A stretch of DNA of 10,853 nt from Archangium sp. (GTDB taxonomy: Bacteria; Myxococcota; Myxococcia; Myxococcales; Myxococcaceae), in contig JAEUJS010000433.1 in the NCBI GenBank assembly GCA_016792935.1, positions 1 to 10,853 of the forward strand, given 5' to 3'. Position 1 is the first letter of the stretch; each line of letters opens with the position of its first letter. The notes under the pieces were generated by a model that saw nothing but the letters and a program-made list of their open reading frames with translations, made no database searches and was not told the DNA's origin. Shown here piece after piece: positions 6,396-10,853 of this stretch. The position numbers and the translations under genes were made by a program.

Positions 6396-6815
6396 GGTGA
6401 TTCTCCTGTGTTGGGTGAGTGAGACGATCCGGCCAACCGCAAGCGCGAGAGCAACCTGCGGAGCTCGGGAACTCGCCGGAGCGGACGGAGGCCAATGGCC
6501 ATCAACGCGCCGCACCACGGCGGATCTGGTTCTCGAATCGAGCTGAAGGAAATGCCGGCGGCAGCGAGGCGCGCTTCGACACGCAGCAACTCCGCTTCGG
6601 AGTCGGCGTGCAGCGCAACGGCGCGCGTGGCTGGTGGGAGGGAGCCGGGAGAAGACTCGCCTGCGGCGTGAATCAGCTGTGCGAGCTGAACGCCGAGCGG
6701 TACGTCACTTCGAACGATGCAGTAGTGGTGGAGCGGCTGCTCAGCGGCGGCAATGGCGCTGCTGGCAATGCTCGCAATGCTCTGCGGTGCGGCTCATGGA
6801 CGTCATGTTAGCCAT
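6392..6815 (-). CDS. PTH2-like (peptidyl-tRNA hydrolase 2 fold) protein. The reading frame is interrupted: the body frame is open over 6793..6392 but has no ATG/GTG/TTG before 6589. A full-length product of about 140 aa needs a +1 shift from the ATG-initiated leader frame (6815..6744)
   Basis: Hand translation of the body frame: (stop)AAPQSIASIASSAIAAAEQPLHHYCIVRSDVPLGVQLAQLIHAAGESSPGSLPPATRAVALHADSEAELLRVEARLAAAGISFSSIREPDPPWCGALMAIGLRPLRRVPELRRLLSRLRLAGSSHSPNTGESP. IVRSDV..G.QLAQLIHAA resembles the Pth2 N-terminal motif VVRxDLxMxxGKxxAQxxHAA. AIGLRPL...LLSRLRL resembles the Pth2 C-terminal VLGIGPxP...TGxLKL. These are recalled from archaeal and human Pth2, not from a search. The track's 65-aa TTG ORF (6392..6589) would cover only the C-terminal half of the fold. 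Confidence 0.55.
6741..6815 (-). CDS. Short leader ORF (24 codons), MANMTSMSRTAEHCEHCQQRHCRR, in the frame one nt upstream of the PTH2-like body frame
   Basis: Three in-frame ATGs (6815, 6806, 6797) and stop TGA at 6743-6741. It contains three CAU His codons, each followed by U. No convincing SD; it lies 39 nt downstream of the zinc-ribbon ORF stop. Confidence 0.35.
   Translation of the reverse strand: MANMTSMSRTAEHCEHCQQRHCRR
6750..6779 (-). other. Three copies of CAUUGC (6779..6774, 6770..6765, 6755..6750); the first two sit inside a tandem 9-mer GAGCAUUGC x2. Candidate +1 recoding or tRNA-pairing sites
   Basis: Minus-strand sequence GAGCATTGCGAGCATTGCCAGCAGCGCCATTGCC. All three CAT triplets are in the leader frame, and all three ATT triplets are in the PTH2-like frame. 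All lie between the last +1-frame stop (6796-6794) and the leader stop (6743-6741). Confidence 0.5.
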
Positions 6816-6854
6816 GGTCGACGGCGTCGCAAGGTGAGCCTGACGCGCACCTGA

Positions 6855-7154
6855 TCACTGCGGCGCGTCGTGCTCGTACCAGTCGAGGTGCGGCGACCAC
6901 TGGTGACACGCCAGACACGCCGTGTGGAGCCACACGCGATCGCACTTCGGGCACCGCCCGGCCGTGTCGAAGGTGTTCCACGCGTGCCAACACGGCTCGC
7001 CGCAGCTCCACAGACTCTCCTTCGTCGGACGCCACGCACACTTCGGACAGCGGATGCGCGCGTACCCATCGCGCCCTTCGCGCAAGTGGTCGGACAGATC
7101 GCTCGAGAGATCGCCTCCCTCCTTCGGCAGCGTGAGGGCGTGCGCGGGAATCAC
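6855..7154 (-). CDS. Small Cys-rich double zinc-ribbon protein (about 99 aa), hypothetical
   Basis: C-terminal RIRCPKCAWRPTKESLWSCGEPCWHAWNTFDTAGRCPKCDRVWLHTACLACHQWSPHLDWYEHDAPQ has four Cys pairs (CPKC, CxxxC, CPKC, CxxC), enough for two Zn sites. The proposed GTG start at 7154-7152 overlaps the rimK stop (GTGA). The start is uncertain: no ATG is available, and an AAGGAGGGAGG at 7124-7114 lies inside the ORF. The upstream part of the track's 219-aa version overlaps rimK out of frame and is rejected. Confidence 0.5.
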   Translation of the reverse strand: MIPAHALTLPKEGGDLSSDLSDHLREGRDGYARIRCPKCAWRPTKESLWSCGEPCWHAWNTFDTAGRCPKCDRVWLHTACLACHQWSPHLDWYEHDAPQ

Positions 7155-8044
7155 TTCTTCGCCTTCGCGAGCGAGAGCGCGTGCCGAACGATGGCACCAG
7201 CGATGTCCTTCTTCGTCGCGCGCTCGAGCCCCTCGAAGCCTGGCGAAGAATTGAGCTCCATCACCTTGGGGCCGTCTTTGCCCTCGAGCATGTCGACGCC
7301 GCACACCGTGAGCCCGATGCACCGCGCCGCCTCGACCGCCGTGCGCTGATAGTCCTTCTCGAGCTTGATGCTCTTCCCCTCGCCGCCGCGGTGGATGTTC
7401 GAGCGAAATTCTCCACGCCGCGCTTGCCGTCGCATCGCTCCGACGACCTTGTCGCCGACGACGAGCGCACGAATGTCGCGGCCCTTCGACTCGGCGATGA
7501 ATTCCTGCAGGCACACGTCCTGACCCAGGCCCCAGAACGTGTGGAGGATGGTCTCAGCCTCGGCCTGCGTGTTGGCGATCATCACGCCCACGCCCTGCGT
7601 TCCACGCAGCAGCTTGATGATGCACGGCAGACCGCCGACCGCTTCGACGAGCCGGCTGACGTGCGCGCCCTGCGTCGCCATCACGGTGCGTGGAACGTCG
7701 AGGCCGACCTGCGCGAGCAATTGCAGACATCGCAACTTGTCGCGGCTGCGCGCGATGGCCGGAGCGGGGTTCACCACGGGCACGTTCATCGTCTCGAGGT
7801 GATTCACGACCGACATGCCGTAGGCGGTGATGCTCGCTCCGATGCGGGGAATCACGGCCGACAAATCGGTCACCGCGACGCCGCGATAGAGCAGCGTGTT
7901 GCCGCCCGGAGCCACCACCATCGTGCACCGCAGCGTGTCCATCACCAGCGGGTGTGCGCCCTGCTCGCGTGCTGCCTCGAAGAGCCGTGACGTCGAGTAG
8001 AGCGACTTCTTCCGAGAGAGAATGCAGAGCCGCTGCCGCGCCAT
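7151..8044 (-). CDS. rimK: Ribosomal protein S6 L-glutamate ligase RimK (ATP-grasp)
   Basis: MARQRLCILSRKKSLYSTSRLFEAAREQGH...VIPRIGASITAYG...ARSRDKLRCLQLLAQVGLDVP...IIKLLRGTQGVGV...GRDIRALVVGDKVVGAMRRQARRGEFRSNIHRGG...GVDMLEGKDGPKVMELNSSPGFEGLE is collinear with E. coli RimK (MKIAILSRDGTLYSCKRL...DFRSNLHRGG...MEVNASPGLEGIE, from memory). ATG 8044 is preferred over the track's TTG 8065 because of the N-terminal alignment. Confidence 0.9.
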   Translation of the reverse strand: MARQRLCILSRKKSLYSTSRLFEAAREQGAHPLVMDTLRCTMVVAPGGNTLLYRGVAVTDLSAVIPRIGASITAYGMSVVNHLETMNVPVVNPAPAIARSRDKLRCLQLLAQVGLDVPRTVMATQGAHVSRLVEAVGGLPCIIKLLRGTQGVGVMIANTQAEAETILHTFWGLGQDVCLQEFIAESKGRDIRALVVGDKVVGAMRRQARRGEFRSNIHRGGEGKSIKLEKDYQRTAVEAARCIGLTVCGVDMLEGKDGPKVMELNSSPGFEGLERATKKDIAGAIVRHALSLAKAKK

Positions 8045-8094
8045 GAACGAAGCGGAACGTAGCAACAGATGAACGAAACACCGATGCTGCCGAG

Positions 8095-10389
8095 ATGAAG
8101 CGCGTCGTGTTCGTTCTCGCGTTGCTGTTGGTGTCTTGTGCGCACGTCTCCTCGCGGCCGATGACGCCAGCGACGATGAACCTCGGCTTCGAAGACGGCG
8201 ACGCGCTGCCCACGGGTTGGAACACCGGCGCGCTCGGAGGCTTCGACGTCAGCGCCGACACGGCGGTGATGCGCGGCGGGCGGCGCAGCGTGCGCATCAT
8301 TTCGACGACGAAGGGTCGCTACGGCTCCTTGCTGCGAACCGTCGACGCCGGGCCGCTCGTTGGAAAACGGGTTCGTCTTCACGGCTGGGTTCGAACGAAA
8401 GGAGTGACGGGCTGGGCCGTCGTCTTCCTGCGCGTCGATGGTGGGGAGTCGGCGTACGTGATGTCCGATGGTCCGCTCGGCACGACGTCGGAATGGAAGG
8501 AAATCGTCGCTGACGCGGCCATCGCCCCCGGTCGTGAGTTGACGCTCGGTGTCGCGCTCGGAGGCGAAGGCACGGCGTGGTTCGACGACCTCTCCCTCGA
8601 AGTGATTGAGCCCAAAGCCGCGGTGAACGTGCACCTCGCAGGTCGCGTGCTCGACTCGACGGGAGCAGGCGTCGCCGGCGCCGAGGTCGCGCTCATCAGC
8701 CCCAGTGGCCTCGTGAGCCAACACGTTCGCAGCGCGGCAGACGGAGCGTTCGACTTCGCGACGGTCGCCGGAAAGTGGGGAGTCTCCGCGAACGCACCAG
8801 GACGAGTTGAGCTGGTCGGCACGTTCATCGAGCCGCGCGAATATCTGCAGAGCACGCAGCTCACGCTGACGCTCGCCGCGAAGGACGGAGTGACCGTGAA
8901 AGGCGAGGTCGCCGGCGCGATTCCCGAGGGGGCGTGTCTTCGCGTCGCCGCGTACAGCAAGCTCGAAGGCGACGTGTGGGCCGTTCCGCTCGGGAAAGAC
9001 GGCAAGTTCGCGACCACGCTCCCGCGCGCGGAGCAGTTTGGCATCGCGGCCATCTCAGGCCTCAGCGGCAGAGGGAAAGCGCTCCGCGAAGGAGACGTCG
9101 CCACCGCGGCGCTCGACCTCATCGTCGAACGGGCGCCGCCCCCGTCCGTGGTGTCGTGGATTTCGAGCAATGCGACTTCACTCTCGACGGTCGACCCCAA
9201 CGTCGCGCTCGAGAATCCCGCTGCGCTTCGCAAACTCGTCGGCACTGCGCGCGTGGTCGGACTCGGCGAGGCCACGCACGGAACGCGCGAATTCCTGCAG
9301 CTCAAACACCGCATCTTCCGCGCGCTGATTGGCGAGGGCTTCACGTTCTTCGCGCTCGAGATTGGTCAGACCGATGCGCGCGCCATCAACGCGTACGTGT
9401 TGCACGGCACGGGCACTGCGCGAACGGCGCTCGGCGCGGCCGAGATGTGGGTGTGGGAAAACGAAGAAGTGCTCGAGCTCATCGAGTGGATGCGCGCGTG
9501 GAACGCGGACGCTTCTCATCAAGCGAAGGTGCAATTCGTCGGCTTCGACATGCAGAACCCGCGCTCGAGTCTGCGTGCGGTGCGCGAATACCTCGTGCGT
9601 GTTGCACCGGACGAAGCGCCGAAGTGGCTCGCGCCGCTCGAAGTGCTCGGGCACGACGCCGGCATGGCCGGGTTCGTCGCGCTCTCGAAGGAGCAGCAGG
9701 CCGAGACCGTCGCCGCGGTTGGCACGTTGCTCGAGCGCTTCGATGCATCTCGTCGGGCGTGGGAAACGGCGAGCAGCGCGAACGACTTCCTCGTGGCGCG
9801 ACAAGACGCGCGCACGTTGCAGCAAGCCGCGACGCAGTACGCGGTAGGCGCCATCAACGCCGACGGTTCGGCCAAGCGCGACGAAGCGATGGCCGAAAAC
9901 ATCAAGTGGCTCCACGACAACCTTCCGTCTGGCGCGCGCATGGTGGTGTCGGCGCACAACCTCCACATCGCAGATGTGAAGTCGCGCATGGGCAAGACGT
10001 TGCGTGCCTCGCTCGGAGCGGCGTGGCTCTCGGTTGGGCTCGAGCTCGGTGACGGCGACTTCCAGGCGCTGCGAATGAGAGATGACGGTGCGCGCGCCAA
10101 CATCGAGGCGATTCGTTTTGCTCCTCCGCCTGAGGCGCTCGCCAACGCGGCGCTGCTGCGTGGTGGACCAGGCGTGTTCGCGCTCGACCTGCGCGCGTTG
10201 CCGTCGAGCGGAGAGGTCGCTGCGTATTTCCGCTCTCCGCAGCTGGTGCGTGAAGCGGGGTACGGCGTGCATCCCGATGCGCCTTTGGTGACGCCCCAGG
10301 TGCTCGCTGAGCGTTTCGATGCGCTGCTGTTCGTCGCGCACACCACGCGCTCGCGTCAGCTGCCGGTCGACTTCACGCGCCTGCCGTAG
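8095..10389 (+). CDS. Multidomain lipoprotein: N-terminal jelly-roll (galactose-binding/CBM-like) domain, then a CarboxypepD_reg-like beta-sandwich, another beta-sandwich, and a C-terminal erythromycin-esterase-family (EreA/EreB-like) domain
   Basis: Signal and lipobox MKRVVFVLALLLVSCAH. NLGFEDGD...GWN...WFDDLSLEV jelly-roll pattern. VHLAGRVLDSTGAGVAGAEVALIS...ADGAFDF matches the carboxypeptidase-regulatory-like pattern. VVGLGEATHGTREFLQLKHRIFRALIGEGFTFFALEIG and VVSAHNLHIA are hallmark erythromycin-esterase-family motifs (recalled). Confidence 0.85.
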   Translation: MKRVVFVLALLLVSCAHVSSRPMTPATMNLGFEDGDALPTGWNTGALGGFDVSADTAVMRGGRRSVRIISTTKGRYGSLLRTVDAGPLVGKRVRLHGWVRTKGVTGWAVVFLRVDGGESAYVMSDGPLGTTSEWKEIVADAAIAPGRELTLGVALGGEGTAWFDDLSLEVIEPKAAVNVHLAGRVLDSTGAGVAGAEVALISPSGLVSQHVRSAADGAFDFATVAGKWGVSANAPGRVELVGTFIEPREYLQSTQLTLTLAAKDGVTVKGEVAGAIPEGACLRVAAYSKLEGDVWAVPLGKDGKFATTLPRAEQFGIAAISGLSGRGKALREGDVATAALDLIVERAPPPSVVSWISSNATSLSTVDPNVALENPAALRKLVGTARVVGLGEATHGTREFLQLKHRIFRALIGEGFTFFALEIGQTDARAINAYVLHGTGTARTALGAAEMWVWENEEVLELIEWMRAWNADASHQAKVQFVGFDMQNPRSSLRAVREYLVRVAPDEAPKWLAPLEVLGHDAGMAGFVALSKEQQAETVAAVGTLLERFDASRRAWETASSANDFLVARQDARTLQQAATQYAVGAINADGSAKRDEAMAENIKWLHDNLPSGARMVVSAHNLHIADVKSRMGKTLRASLGAAWLSVGLELGDGDFQALRMRDDGARANIEAIRFAPPPEALANAALLRGGPGVFALDLRALPSSGEVAAYFRSPQLVREAGYGVHPDAPLVTPQVLAERFDALLFVAHTTRSRQLPVDFTRLP

Positions 10390-10393
10390 CTCG

Positions 10394-10853
10394 CTACTTC
10401 CTGGGAGAGGCGGTCAGCACTCCCGCGAACGGACCCTTCTCGAGGTCGGCGTCGCGACCTGCACCGTCGGCCCAGAGCGCAGAGATGACTCCGTCGAGAT
10501 ACAGCGCGTCGGGACACTTCAGCTCGTCGCGAAACAGCGACGCGAAGGTCCACAAGTTCACGTCGTCGCGAGAGATGACGATGACGACGTGTTTGCCGTC
10601 GCGCACGCCGACTCCGCTGCGCAGCGCTTTGTTCGGCGAGTCCTGATTGAACTTCGGGTGCAGCGCGCCCTTCTTCACCAGCAGCGGTCCTGACTGCGTG
10701 GCGAAGCGAACGGCGTTGTCGGAGAACTCGGGCGTCTCGACGACGAACGCGGTGCCGTCGGCCTTCAACGCGAACACGCCGTTGGGGAGCATGAAGAAAT
10801 TCCCGCCGCCACTGCTTGTGGTGAGCGCGTGCTTCTCGACGCCGTCGGAGATC
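10394..10853 (-). CDS. Phosphodiester glycosidase family protein (DUF2233 / YigE-like); partial, the N-terminus lies beyond the window end
   Basis: The frame stays open upstream of the track's ATG 10792 to the window edge (...ISDGVEKHALTTSSGGGNFFMLPNGVFALK...). GNFxxxPNGVF and SGVGVRDGKHVVIVIS...ALYLDGVIS match DUF2233 motifs (recalled). Stop (rc TAG) at 10394-10396, 4 nt from the convergent stop at 10387-10389. Confidence 0.75.
   Translation of the reverse strand, partial: ISDGVEKHALTTSSGGGNFFMLPNGVFALKADGTAFVVETPEFSDNAVRFATQSGPLLVKKGALHPKFNQDSPNKALRSGVGVRDGKHVVIVISRDDVNLWTFASLFRDELKCPDALYLDGVISALWADGAGRDADLEKGPFAGVLTASPRK

Noticed and set aside
6051-6518. 155-aa extended version of the orphan ORF
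   Set aside because: The upstream 41 codons overlap the PTH2-like frame and lack an SD. The internal ATG 6395 has AGGAG at ideal spacing and an ATGA overlap with the upstream stop.
6392-6589. The track's 65-aa TTG-initiated ORF as a complete gene
   Set aside because: It would encode only the C-terminal half of the Pth2-like fold. The same frame continues upstream with recognisable N-terminal Pth2-like sequence (IVRSD...AQLIHAA), so the TTG is probably internal.
6750-6779. Five-base (CAUUG) decoding by a UAAUG pentaplet in the 9-nt loop
   Set aside because: A +2 shift enters the third frame, which shows no Pth2-like sequence and hits TGA after about 33 codons. Only +1 restores the domain.
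6855-7514. 219-aa version of the zinc-ribbon ORF
   Set aside because: Its N-terminal 120 codons are an Arg-rich alternate frame of rimK. Only the part downstream of the rimK stop looks like real coding sequence.
8043-8098. Direct repeat ATGAACGAA (8043-8051 and 8069-8077) and a 9-codon uORF (8069..8098, MNETPMLPR) overlapping ATG 8095 by ATGA
   Set aside because: It is short, has no SD, and has no supporting feature. It could be a chance occurrence in the 50-bp divergent rimK/esterase promoter region. I note it only as a low-priority item.
7181-8724. ORFs 7181..7990 (+), 7554..8300 (-) and 7942..8724 (-)
   Set aside because: They are out of frame or antisense to rimK and to the esterase gene, which have strong homology signatures. 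Their composition is shadow-like.
8934-10346. ORFs 8934..10052 (+), 9178..10341 (-), 9519..10346 (-) and smaller ones inside the esterase gene
   Set aside because: These are Arg-rich alternate-frame and antisense ORFs within a gene that carries clear erythromycin-esterase motifs.
1-10853. CRISPR arrays, IS elements or transposases, rRNA, and known defence-system genes
   Set aside because: I saw no regularly spaced repeats, no terminal inverted repeats, and no transposase-, integrase- or nuclease-like ORFs in any frame.

Overview
This is a very GC-rich window with strong GC3 bias. The gene content looks like a myxobacterial (Polyangia-type) chromosome, but that is inference only, since no database search was possible. 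All family calls rest on motifs I recognise in hand translations.

Most of the window is ordinary chromosomal coding sequence:
- a 3'-truncated amidohydrolase on the minus strand (1-876), which is missing from the supplied ORF track
- a secreted TPR/coiled-coil protein translationally coupled to an orphan type-1 periplasmic-binding-fold lipoprotein
- an SRPBCC protein
- a two-TM membrane protein
- rsuA
- a DMT/EamA transporter
- rimK
- a large multidomain erythromycin-esterase-family lipoprotein
- a 5'-truncated DUF2233/YigE-like gene

The many long Arg/Ala-rich ORFs antisense to these genes are GC-driven shadow ORFs.

The part that stands out is the tightly packed minus-strand string rimK > Cys-rich zinc-ribbon ORF > PTH2-like (peptidyl-tRNA-hydrolase-fold) gene > 114-aa orphan ORF > tRNA, at 8044 down to 5965.
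- The tRNA (5965-6040) has a fully canonical cloverleaf body but a 9-nt anticodon loop, AGUAAUGAC, instead of 7 nt.
- The PTH2-like reading frame has no canonical start codon for its N-terminal half. It can be entered only by a +1 shift from a short ATG-initiated leader ORF.
- The 50-nt window where that shift must occur contains three copies of CAUUGC, each with CAU in the leader frame.
- CAUU is the Watson-Crick complement of AAUG in the expanded loop, which is flanked by U on the 5' side and A on the 3' side. CAUUGC pairs with GUAAUG over 6 nt.

I propose a candidate natural quadruplet-decoding (+1 recoding) tRNA encoded in cis with its target gene. The alternatives are AUU-specialised decoding, AUU initiation, a pseudogene, or an assembly indel; all are listed in the findings.
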